NCBI GenBank assembly: GCA_963704655.1
Contig: OY969927.1
Location: 416,001 to 480,000 of the forward strand
From: an uncultured Candidatus Babeliaceae bacterium
Lineage (GTDB): Bacteria; Babelota; Babeliae; Babelales; Babelaceae
DNA length: 64,000 nucleotides
Reading direction: 5' to 3'
Part shown: positions 38,358-47,019 of the stretch, one piece after another
Numbering within the stretch: position 1 is the first letter of the stretch
How the letters are laid out: each line of letters opens with the position of its first letter
Position numbers and translations under genes: made by a program
The notes under the pieces: generated by a model
What the model was told of the DNA's origin: nothing
Seen by the model: the letters and a program-made list of their open reading frames with translations, nothing else
Database searches by the model: none

Positions 38358-40328
38358 ATGAAAAAAATTTTATATCTATGTATGAGTGTATCAACAACAC
38401 TACTCAGTAATAGTTGCTCAACAAGCACGAGTAATCTTTCACCGTGCTTTAATTTATGCATGCCAAAAGTGTGTACCCAAAATTGCAACCCCTGCTTTGG
38501 ATCAACCGTTTTAATTAAGCGACCAACTTATGATAATACTATGATTTATTACGGTCAAAAATATGCACATCACTATGATGCTGACCATGCCTATGGCGGT
38601 ATTATGTTTGCGTTAGAATATCAGCGTTCATTTAATAGCGGTAAACTTGCACGCGGAATGTTTGGAACTGAAACACTCTTTTTTGCTGGAAGTCAGGCCC
38701 CAAACCCACTACCAAATAGTCTTCTTGCAGATAACTTCGGCCTTTCACAAGATTTCCAAGGCGCTCTTGAGCTTAACCCCGTTATACAAGATGTTAATCT
38801 TCACTTCGATTGGTTTGTGCAAACTAAAAGAGGCTTTTATCTGCAACTTGATATGAACTTCACCAGCGAAAGTCGAAATTTACATGCACAGTATCTATGC
38901 AATAGTATACTCAGCACAACGGCACTCTTTCCTGCTGGTTACATGGCAGCATCTGCAACAGCGCCTATTACAGATCTTAAAACGGCACTCATGCTTCAGG
39001 AACCATTTGGTGACAAAAAAAGTGGAACAACATATGGCCGTTTTGATTTTTGCAACAGAACAAAAAATGGTATTGCAGGCCTTTCATTAAATATCGGGTA
39101 TGATGCCTTACGTTGCACAAATTATATTTTTGGAGGCTTTCTTCGTGTTGTTGCACCAACAGGAACCGCGGTAAACCCTCGGTATGTATTTGATCCGATA
39201 ATTGGAAATGGTAAAGGCTGGGAACTGGGGATAGGTATTGATGGTCGTTGGCACTTGTGGGATAAAGGTGATGATCAACAATTAACGCTTATGCTTGATG
39301 GCTATGTCACCACGGTCTTACCGCACCATTCACTCCGAACATTTGACCTACGCTCAACTAATAGTTTACTTAATTTTAATTGTAGCCAAAGTTGTTCGTC
39401 AGTGGCGCCCTGCCCCGTTAATGTTAATTTCGAATATTTAAACAGTTGCCCATCAATGAATGATTCAGGTATTCAAGGGCCCTATGTTAGTAGCGGCATG
39501 AGCTGCGATATCGATAGCGCACGAAACTTTTTTACACGATATCTGCTTCTTAAAGAGTTTACTCTTTCAAATGGTATATACAGCTACGCCAATAATCTTA
39601 TTACTGCATCAGATTTTACCACACGTAATGTACGGGTAAGCGTTCCTGCAAAAGGTGATGCGACCCTGCGCGTTGTATATACGCATAAAGGTTTTGATGC
39701 GGCACTTGGATATAATATTTTTGGTATGATGCGCGAAAGAATATCACGCGTTTCTGCACCAAATGATTGCTTATTTATGGATCCAAGCAATGTCTATGCC
39801 GTTAAAGGCTGCCAAGGTGTTGCCTATAATAGTTATACCTACGGCACTATAACAGCTGGTGCTATCGACCCGTTAAGTACAACAAATCCAACATCGGTGC
39901 CATTAGTTAACTCTGCCAACTTTTCTACGGCCTACACAATTGGCGGCTGCGGCCCTGTTGATAATGCATTTGATGTAGGCAACACGCCTATGTTATATAA
40001 TGCTACCTGGGACAGCAATGACAATAACTCTTATATCGTCGATGGCGCATTGGTTACCACGCTTGAGCAGTTTCAAATTCTTCCTCAAACTTCTGGCGCG
40101 AATGGCAATCAATTAATGATATTACCAAACGATGCAGGCGCGCTTGACCTGTGTTCAGGAACAGCACCGCAACAAATTGTTCAAAAAGGCTTTTTCTCAT
40201 TAGATTATACCTGGCTCGAACATCGATGGGCACCGTATGTGGGCTTTATGGTTGAAGTTGAAGGGTCCAATTCAGCCGTTGCAGTTAATCAATGGGGCCT
40301 GGTTTTCAGAGGCGGATTCTCTTACTAA
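38358..40328 (+). CDS. Putative outer-membrane protein, array paralog 4 (reduced Cys tracts)
   Basis: GGGGAG RBS; IKRPTYDNT, LLADNFGLSQDFQG, DFTTRNV; ends WGLVFRGGFSY. Confidence 0.85.
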   Translation: MKKILYLCMSVSTTLLSNSCSTSTSNLSPCFNLCMPKVCTQNCNPCFGSTVLIKRPTYDNTMIYYGQKYAHHYDADHAYGGIMFALEYQRSFNSGKLARGMFGTETLFFAGSQAPNPLPNSLLADNFGLSQDFQGALELNPVIQDVNLHFDWFVQTKRGFYLQLDMNFTSESRNLHAQYLCNSILSTTALFPAGYMAASATAPITDLKTALMLQEPFGDKKSGTTYGRFDFCNRTKNGIAGLSLNIGYDALRCTNYIFGGFLRVVAPTGTAVNPRYVFDPIIGNGKGWELGIGIDGRWHLWDKGDDQQLTLMLDGYVTTVLPHHSLRTFDLRSTNSLLNFNCSQSCSSVAPCPVNVNFEYLNSCPSMNDSGIQGPYVSSGMSCDIDSARNFFTRYLLLKEFTLSNGIYSYANNLITASDFTTRNVRVSVPAKGDATLRVVYTHKGFDAALGYNIFGMMRERISRVSAPNDCLFMDPSNVYAVKGCQGVAYNSYTYGTITAGAIDPLSTTNPTSVPLVNSANFSTAYTIGGCGPVDNAFDVGNTPMLYNATWDSNDNNSYIVDGALVTTLEQFQILPQTSGANGNQLMILPNDAGALDLCSGTAPQQIVQKGFFSLDYTWLEHRWAPYVGFMVEVEGSNSAVAVNQWGLVFRGGFSY

Positions 40329-40330
40329 AT

Positions 40331-40363
40331 GGGCGGCGGATTTTTCCGCCGCCCTTCTTTTTT
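40331..40363 (+). terminator. Intrinsic terminator
   Basis: GGGCGGCGGA-TTTT-TCCGCCGCCC-TTCTTTTTT. Confidence 0.85.
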
Positions 40364-40391
40364 ATCCAAGAATATATATAATTTTAACGTT

Positions 40392-40868
40392 ATGAAAAAG
40401 CAATCACTCATATTAGTCTGTCTTTTTACATTGAGGGTAAACGGCATGATCTCGGAACACTTTTTCTGGGAACTCGTGCATCGTGACTGCTTTACCTTGC
40501 AGAGTGGAACTAACAGGATATCTCAAGGTGAATTACGCCAACGCTTAATAAAACTTGAATCAATGGAAGAGTCACTTGATAGAACGGTTAACATTTTTAA
40601 GATAGGGTTATCAATTTCAGCTTATAGATTTTTTAAGGAACCAGGTTTAATAATCAATATCTGCCAAACGGGGTATGCTGACATTGCATTCAGCACCGCA
40701 CTCGTTGCGGGATACTATCTGTATAGCCGTGATCAAGCATTGAAAGAGGTTAAATCGAATCTATTAGCAGAGCTCAGCAGACTTACGGATGGTCCACCCG
40801 CGGTTCAAATAACAAAAACACTTACGTATTTAAAACAGTTACCAGAAAACCCTTCTAGACAACCGTAA
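40392..40868 (+). CDS. Hypothetical secreted protein
   Basis: MKKQSLILVCLFTLRVNG signal peptide; the upstream ATG at 40329 would run through a terminator. Confidence 0.65.
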   Translation: MKKQSLILVCLFTLRVNGMISEHFFWELVHRDCFTLQSGTNRISQGELRQRLIKLESMEESLDRTVNIFKIGLSISAYRFFKEPGLIINICQTGYADIAFSTALVAGYYLYSRDQALKEVKSNLLAELSRLTDGPPAVQITKTLTYLKQLPENPSRQP

Positions 40869-41105
40869 TTATTTTACTAACGTAGAAATATATTTAACAA
40901 CGTCACTAACGGTGATTAGTTTTTCTGCCATTTCATCATCGATCTCGATGGTAAAATGATCTTCGAGATTCATCACAATTTCAACCCGGTCAAGTGAATC
41001 AGCGCCAAGCGAATCGAGCGTAGTTTCATCATTAAGAGAATCTACAGGGATAGAAAGCTGTTCTGCAATAATAGTACGTACTTGCTGTGAAACATCATGT
41101 GCCAT
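40869..41105 (-). CDS. acpP: Acyl carrier protein
   Basis: LGADSLDRVEIVMNLEDHFTIEI. Confidence 0.95.
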   Translation of the reverse strand: MAHDVSQQVRTIIAEQLSIPVDSLNDETTLDSLGADSLDRVEIVMNLEDHFTIEIDDEMAEKLITVSDVVKYISTLVK

Positions 41106-41120
41106 AGATAACCCTTTTAT

Positions 41121-42077
41121 TTAACGTAAGGTGATAATATTTTTTTCAGGATAACGTGCACTAAGCTGTGTCAGCAATGCTTCATCAGCAAAGGGCACAA
41201 TAATAGTTTCGCATGCAGCGTAGCGTTCAATAAGCTGTACACGGTCCTGATATAAAAATGGCTGTTCAATAATAAAATCTTTTATCTGCAGGGCAGTAAC
41301 AAGATCTTCTGACTTATGCGGCGAAAAGCAGACAGTTTCTGCATCTTTAAACTCTACTTTTTCTAAATATTGTTTAAAGGTTAACGTACTTTCTGGTGCT
41401 AAATCTGCATACAAACCACCTTCAAGAGAAAGTTCTACGATCAAGCAATTACCATGTAATTTGAGCAGCTCTTCTTCGCAAAATTCAACTACAGAACGAA
41501 CGCCAGAAACGACAAAGCTATCGTCACTAAGTTTTTCGCTGAGCATAACTTGATGAACATCTAGTGATGATAAAACTTTTTTGAGTTCTTTAAGCGTGAC
41601 GCCTGAAACGGAAATCTTTTTAAAATTCTTTTCTTGTAACAGTTCATAATAAGCCGTTGCCCATTTTGAAACTAAATATAAGCCATCGGCAAAGGTATAC
41701 GCACGTGCGCCATAAAGAGCACCATAGGCACCAAGGCCACAACCACCAACATGCTTAATGGTGATATTTTTTGAACGGATATATTCAACCGCTGATGCTT
41801 GGAGTAAAAACAAAAGCGCATAGGCGTCTGGCATAGAGCGCAATTCAGATTCAGAAGCATTAAATAAAAGACGCGTAACATTTAAACCCGTTATGTGTGC
41901 CGCCTGCTCAAAATATTCTTGCACAACTCGTTCACGATCATATAACTCTTTTGAAGCGCCAGAACGAAGCGATTCATAATCTGGAAATAACAGTGCAGCC
42001 TCTTGGATATTTTCCAACGCTGTTTCACCCATTTCAGTTTCTAATACTTTTACGTCGGTTTCCATGAAAAGCTCCAC
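41121..42077 (-). CDS. FabD/malonyl-CoA-ACP transacylase-like protein, degenerate active site
   Basis: AALLFP...LY...FEQA, GCGLGAYGALYGA...FADGL.LV, VVSG; adjacent to acpP. Confidence 0.7.
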   Translation of the reverse strand: MELFMETDVKVLETEMGETALENIQEAALLFPDYESLRSGASKELYDRERVVQEYFEQAAHITGLNVTRLLFNASESELRSMPDAYALLFLLQASAVEYIRSKNITIKHVGGCGLGAYGALYGARAYTFADGLYLVSKWATAYYELLQEKNFKKISVSGVTLKELKKVLSSLDVHQVMLSEKLSDDSFVVSGVRSVVEFCEEELLKLHGNCLIVELSLEGGLYADLAPESTLTFKQYLEKVEFKDAETVCFSPHKSEDLVTALQIKDFIIEQPFLYQDRVQLIERYAACETIIVPFADEALLTQLSARYPEKNIITLR

Positions 42078-42078
42078 G

Positions 42079-43491
42079 TTATAGTGAATAATAGTTTCTT
42101 AATCGAGAAATTGTTTCTTCTTTTCCCAATGCAGCCATAAGGTCATAAATACCTGGAGCATCTTTTTTTCCCGTGAGGGCAACACGAATCAACGGTCCTA
42201 AAGCCCCAAGTTTAATCTCTTGCGTATGACAAAATTCTTTTATTACATGAGAAAGTGTTTCGTGAGTAAATTCAGTACCACTCAAAACAGTTATGAGCGA
42301 ATCTAAAAGTTTTTTTTGCTCATACATTAATTCAGAAATTTCATACTCTGTTGGCTGTTTATACAACAACAGAAGCTCACCATACAGATCTAATAAGTTT
42401 ACACAACGCTGTTTATACAGATCAAGTAAACTTATAATCGTACTATAACTCCATTTTACAAACTGCGTACCAATACGCAAACCCATAACCTGTTTTATAT
42501 AATCAAATAAAGCCGCTGAACTAGCTGCTTTTAGATGCATGCTATTTACCCAGTCTAACTTTTGACTATCAAAAAGCGCTCCTTTTGATGAAATAGCATC
42601 AAGGGTAAACGCTTCGATCATTTGCTGCAAGGTAAAGATCTCCTGATCCCCATGTGACCAACCAAGACGCACTAAATAGTTACATAATGCTTGTGGCAAG
42701 TAACCACGGGCCATATAATCAAATGCGTTAGCTGCAGCATCTCTTTTGCTCATTTTGGTGCCGTCTGGCCCTAAAATAAGGGGTAAATGGCCAAATGTTG
42801 GAACGGTGTATCCGCATGCTTGGTAGAGTAATATCTGTTTAGGGGTATTTATCAGATGCTCTTCACCACGAATAATATGCGTTATACGCATAAAGGCGTC
42901 ATCAATAACTACCACAAAATTATACATGGGTGTGCCATCTGAACGAACTAAAATAAAATCATCAAATGTATCTGATGCAAAGGTAATTTTCCCCTTTATG
43001 GCATCATCAACTACAACTTCTGTGCAACTTTCTGGAACCGCAAAGCGAATAACATACGTTTTTTCTTGATTACGTGCTTGACCAATAAACTTCTTACAAA
43101 AGCCGTCATATTTTGCATAGGCAACACCATCGACCGTTGTTTGACCAACACGGTTTTGCAGTTCCTGGGGTGTGCAGTAACAATAATAAGCTTTAAACTC
43201 TTTAACAAGCTGTTCTGCAACACGAATATGTTCTTCTTGACGTTCTGATTGTATTACAGGTGGCTCATCGGGCGTTAATGAACACCAATTAATCGTGTTC
43301 ATAATCGCATCGGTGTACTGCTGTTGCGAACGCTCTTTATCAGTATCTTCTATGCGTAACAAAAACTTACCGTTATTATGTCGAGCAAAAAGAAAATTAA
43401 AAAGCGCCGTACGCAAGCCACCAATGTGTAACATGCCTGTTGGCGAAGGTGCAAATCTGACGCGCACGTCTGACACACGAACTTGTTGCAT
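42079..43491 (-). CDS. gltX: Glutamate-tRNA ligase
   Basis: RVRFAPSPTG, HIGG, LRIEDTD, ITHIIRGEEH, KMSKR. Confidence 0.97.
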   Translation of the reverse strand: MQQVRVSDVRVRFAPSPTGMLHIGGLRTALFNFLFARHNNGKFLLRIEDTDKERSQQQYTDAIMNTINWCSLTPDEPPVIQSERQEEHIRVAEQLVKEFKAYYCYCTPQELQNRVGQTTVDGVAYAKYDGFCKKFIGQARNQEKTYVIRFAVPESCTEVVVDDAIKGKITFASDTFDDFILVRSDGTPMYNFVVVIDDAFMRITHIIRGEEHLINTPKQILLYQACGYTVPTFGHLPLILGPDGTKMSKRDAAANAFDYMARGYLPQALCNYLVRLGWSHGDQEIFTLQQMIEAFTLDAISSKGALFDSQKLDWVNSMHLKAASSAALFDYIKQVMGLRIGTQFVKWSYSTIISLLDLYKQRCVNLLDLYGELLLLYKQPTEYEISELMYEQKKLLDSLITVLSGTEFTHETLSHVIKEFCHTQEIKLGALGPLIRVALTGKKDAPGIYDLMAALGKEETISRLRNYYSL

Positions 43492-43504
43492 GAGTAAAAC
43501 TTTC

Positions 43505-44140
43505 TTAAGCAGTATAATTTAAAAGACTTTGTGCACGCATGCCCCACATAGAAAGTGGATTTTTTTGTGCATCAAATAATCTACCCCATGCTGTCTGTAC
43601 ACCTTGGCTGTCATTACCTAATAGTGCCTGGTAGCCCATATAGAACCATGCCATATCATGTACGGGGTTTTTACTATCAAGTGCTAATTTTTCTAATGAT
43701 TGACGACCTTTAGTTTGAATCGAAGGGTCCGCAGCATCAAGTTGCATAAGAGCAAGCTTTGTAGCATAGGTATAATACAATACCGGATCAACCGATGACA
43801 TCATGCCCACTGCTTGTGTCATACTACTTAAGGCTTCTTGTTTATTACCTTGAGTTTCTTGGAGTTCTGCTTGTAACGCAAGAAAAAAACCTGCATACGC
43901 GCTATTTTTATACTCTTGGTAACCACGAGCGACAGAATCGATTAACTCTTGGCTTGGAGCTTTATTATCTGCAGATAATTTTTCATACTCAACATACCGT
44001 TGCATAAAAACATCATACGCCTTGGCAGAAAGTGTCCCTTTATAATAGGTAAAACCTACATATGCAAGGCCAAAAACTGCAGCCGCAAAAACTAATGCCA
44101 CTATAACTGTTACTATATTTTTTTCTACTCTCAATTCCAT
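43505..44140 (-). CDS. Membrane-anchored TPR-like (YfgM-like) protein
   Basis: N-terminal TM segment, YKNSAYA, helical repeats. Confidence 0.6.
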   Translation of the reverse strand: MELRVEKNIVTVIVALVFAAAVFGLAYVGFTYYKGTLSAKAYDVFMQRYVEYEKLSADNKAPSQELIDSVARGYQEYKNSAYAGFFLALQAELQETQGNKQEALSSMTQAVGMMSSVDPVLYYTYATKLALMQLDAADPSIQTKGRQSLEKLALDSKNPVHDMAWFYMGYQALLGNDSQGVQTAWGRLFDAQKNPLSMWGMRAQSLLNYTA

Positions 44141-44161
44141 ACTCTATATCCTTATATAAAA

Positions 44162-44203
44162 AACGAGTTCTTAACACTCGCTGATGATGTGTAAGAACTC
44201 GTT
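44162..44203 (-). terminator. Hairpin/terminator after rpmF
   Basis: AACGAGTTCTTA...TAAGAACTCGTT 12-bp arms with a T run on the minus strand. Confidence 0.6.
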
Positions 44204-44227
44204 GTCATTTTTTTAATACTTTTTTAA

Positions 44228-44518
44228 TTACTCGTGCGCAGAATGATCATGTCCATCTTCATGGGTATGCTCTTCTTTATTCTTTGCAGCAGCTTTTTGT
44301 GCCGCAGCTGTACGAACTTGGTCGCGTTGAACGCCACGGTCATTTTTGGTAGTTAAAACTTTTCTACCTTTATAGTAGCCACATTCTGTGCATACTTGGT
44401 GCGGAAGATTTGGCTCATTACATTGTTTACAACTGGTAATTGCTTGTGGACGAATAAATTTGGTCGACTGGCGTTGATCGCGGCGTCTCTTACTCGTCTT
44501 ACGCTTTGGTACTGGCAT
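44228..44518 (-). CDS. rpmF: 50S ribosomal protein L32 with C-terminal extension
   Basis: MPVPKRKTSKRRRDQR...CKQC...PHQVCTECGYYKGR. Confidence 0.96.
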   Translation of the reverse strand: MPVPKRKTSKRRRDQRQSTKFIRPQAITSCKQCNEPNLPHQVCTECGYYKGRKVLTTKNDRGVQRDQVRTAAAQKAAAKNKEEHTHEDGHDHSAHE

Positions 44519-44659
44519 GTGAAGCTCCGTAGTAGGTAACTAATTTAAAACTTAAATTTTCTATTTAATCGACCCAAAAAGGTCTCATATAGTAGCTAGT
44601 TTACAAAAAAATTGGGACTTTGGCAAAAAAATATCTTTATTGTGGGCAAAACTTGCAAA

Positions 44660-45274
44660 CTAAGCAATCGCCTGGTTGTAACCAGCAAAGCCACTTTGCG
44701 CTGCGTTAAGCGCGCTTAGGACGCGCATTTCAGAAATATTTTTTTCAAGTTTTGCAATAAGCTGGTTGCGCTCATCTTCTGTAATTTCTAATCCCTGAGC
44801 TTTTATCAAATCGTTCTCAAGCTTTTGCGCATTTTCATGCAGCTCATCAACATCGCGCAAAAATTGTCTTTCAAGCTCGTTTTTTGTATTTATTATCTCA
44901 CGCTCTGCACGTGTTATTTCTTTTCCTTTTTGTATAAGCAATGCACGATCTCTATTACAAGTTGAAAGAGTACGGAACAAATGACCATAGTGTCCATAGC
45001 CTTCAAAAAAATCCGCACGAGTAAAACGTATCCAACATTCATAGTCTTCAAGCGGAATATCGTATGAAGCCAAAATAGCATCCTCATAGGACTGCTGATC
45101 CTCTATCATTTTTGACTTCAAGACACGCAATGCTTGCTCAGTTTTTTGGCGCACAGAAATCTCTATCTGCATCCTCTTTATAAACTTTTCTGATAGAAAT
45201 TCTGACAAAGCAAATGCCTTCGGCATATGGCTTGTTGCAAAAATCGCCAAAGCTATTTTAAATATATTTTTCAT
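44660..45274 (-). CDS. Hypothetical secreted coiled-coil protein
   Basis: Signal peptide; AILASYDI...DRA motif shared with the next ORF. Confidence 0.7.
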   Translation of the reverse strand: MKNIFKIALAIFATSHMPKAFALSEFLSEKFIKRMQIEISVRQKTEQALRVLKSKMIEDQQSYEDAILASYDIPLEDYECWIRFTRADFFEGYGHYGHLFRTLSTCNRDRALLIQKGKEITRAEREIINTKNELERQFLRDVDELHENAQKLENDLIKAQGLEITEDERNQLIAKLEKNISEMRVLSALNAAQSGFAGYNQAIA

Positions 45275-45309
45275 AAATATGCCCCTAGAATTGAATATTT
45301 TCTATACCT

Positions 45310-45390
45310 TTATTTGACTGAGAGCCGCTGGCCGAGCATATTTTGTTCAAGTTTGCCCTCTATTTGTAGCTGCCAGAGGCGGCTTTATAA
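45310..45390 (-). pseudogene. Duplicated relic of the dprA 3' end
   Basis: L*SRLWQLQIEGKLEQNMLGQRLSVK* versus DprA LQERLWQLQIEGKLEQNVLGQWNTI*. Confidence 0.88.
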
Positions 45391-45397
45391 GATGCGA

Positions 45398-45757
45398 TTA
45401 ATGATAACAACGAATCATTGCCTCTTTTTTAATTTTTTCATAAAATTCTTCATCTAACGCGTCCCGAGTTTGTTTAAGCTCAAGAGCCGCTCGATCGAAA
45501 TTGCCCGTTAATCCAAGAATTCTTGCAAATAAAGAATTTTCATTATTCTCATAGTAATCATAAAAAGAGGCTGAAATTCCGTAAGAGCCTAAAATCGCCT
45601 TTTTAAAATAACTATAATTCGCTTCGTGTTCAATTTGCAGTATCTTAACAACTCGATCATCAAAAATAGGACCAGCTGCTTCCATTTCTTGTGCGTAAGA
45701 GATTTTTGTAGCGATACACATTAAAATTACGATAAGTTTTTTCATAGATAACATCAT
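45398..45757 (-). CDS. Hypothetical secreted protein, distant paralog of 44660-45274
   Basis: Signal peptide; AILGSYGI...FDRAAL. Confidence 0.65.
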   Translation of the reverse strand: MMLSMKKLIVILMCIATKISYAQEMEAAGPIFDDRVVKILQIEHEANYSYFKKAILGSYGISASFYDYYENNENSLFARILGLTGNFDRAALELKQTRDALDEEFYEKIKKEAMIRCYH

Positions 45758-45828
45758 ACCTTTGGTAAATATATGTAATATTATGCTTTAATTTTATGGT
45801 TATTCATCAATATTGTCTAGTTTCAATA

Positions 45829-47001
45829 CTAGATCGTGTTCCATTGGCCAAGCACATTTTGTTCAAGTTTGCCCTCAATTTGCAGCTGCCAGAGTCGCTC
45901 TTGAAGAGCATCATAGCTGAAACCTGCTTGCAGAAGCAAATCGTCGGTGCTTTTTGGGGTTATGCAGAGGGATAGAAGTGGATCAGTAGGTAATTCTTTT
46001 GCTTTCGGCGCGTAACCCTTCGACAGGCTCAGGATGAGCGGCGCCGCGGTTTCTGACTTTACTGGTGCACGGGATGTTTTTTGTATTACAGGAGCAGCTG
46101 GTAACGTTTTCGCTTGATGGCCAATCAGCTCAAAGATATCTTGGGATTTGGTAATTGGTCGTGCGCCGTGGACAAGAAGTTCATGGCACCCAGCGCTGAG
46201 TTCATTAAAGATTGAACCCGGAACCACGCCAACATCGCGCCCTTCATCAAGAGCATTACGTGCGGTTAATAACGCGCCGCTTTTAACCGCAGCTTGAATA
46301 ACAATGGTTGCAGAAGAAAGACCCGCTATAATGCGGTTCCGTGCGGGAAAATTGTGCGGCAATGGCTCAAAGTTTAAGGGAAATGAGCTCATAACAAGCC
46401 CGCCTGAATAGATTATCTCTTCAAATAGATTTTTATGTGCCCATGGATATAGCTTTAATAACCCAGAACCTAAAATCGCAACCGTTTTACCGCCTGCTTT
46501 AAGCGTTTCTCGATGTACCATGCCATCGATGCCAAGCGCCCCACCACTAATAGTAGTAAAACCCTCTTTTACAATATCAGGAATAAGCATTTGAGTAACC
46601 TGAGCACCATAATTATCTGCTTTTCGAGAACCAACAAATGCTAATGCTGGCGAAAGTTGTGCAAGTGAACCGCCCTGATAATACAGCACTGCAGGGGGTG
46701 TGTGAATATGGCGTAAAAGTTGTGGGTATTCTGGATCGAGTATCGTAACAACAGAAATCTTATGCTTTTCAATAAGCGTAAGCTCTTTATCAAGAAGTGC
46801 TTTATCTGCAAGCCCAGAAACAACTTTCTCACAAGTTGCCATGGGCAATTTGGCACGATTGCATAATTCATGTGCGTTAAGTATATAAAGCTCATGCAGA
46901 TTTCCAGCAAAAACTTGACTGAGCGTGGCGCAGGCTTGTGAGCCTACGCCATCGATTAATGACATATGTAATATAGTATGTGATGCAGAAACCTGATGCA
47001 T
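45829..47001 (-). CDS. dprA: DNA-processing protein DprA
   Basis: YPQLLRHI..PP.LY, VGSR, SGGALGIDG, FPARNRIIAGLS, SGALLTA. Confidence 0.95.
   Translation of the reverse strand: MHQVSASHTILHMSLIDGVGSQACATLSQVFAGNLHELYILNAHELCNRAKLPMATCEKVVSGLADKALLDKELTLIEKHKISVVTILDPEYPQLLRHIHTPPAVLYYQGGSLAQLSPALAFVGSRKADNYGAQVTQMLIPDIVKEGFTTISGGALGIDGMVHRETLKAGGKTVAILGSGLLKLYPWAHKNLFEEIIYSGGLVMSSFPLNFEPLPHNFPARNRIIAGLSSATIVIQAAVKSGALLTARNALDEGRDVGVVPGSIFNELSAGCHELLVHGARPITKSQDIFELIGHQAKTLPAAPVIQKTSRAPVKSETAAPLILSLSKGYAPKAKELPTDPLLSLCITPKSTDDLLLQAGFSYDALQERLWQLQIEGKLEQNVLGQWNTI
46016..46041. repeat. REP-like palindrome in frame within the dprA linker
   Basis: CCCTTCGACAGGCTCAGGATGAGCGG, closely matching intergenic CCCTTCGACTACGCTCAGGGCGAGCGG at 60990; read as PLILSLSKG. 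Confidence 0.8.
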
Positions 47002-47019
47002 GATACTTTTTATTCTCTA

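Noticed and set aside
31489-40328. Diversity-generating retroelement acting on the OMP 3' ends
   Set aside because: No reverse transcriptase is present, and differences between the relic and the paralogs are not confined to adenines.
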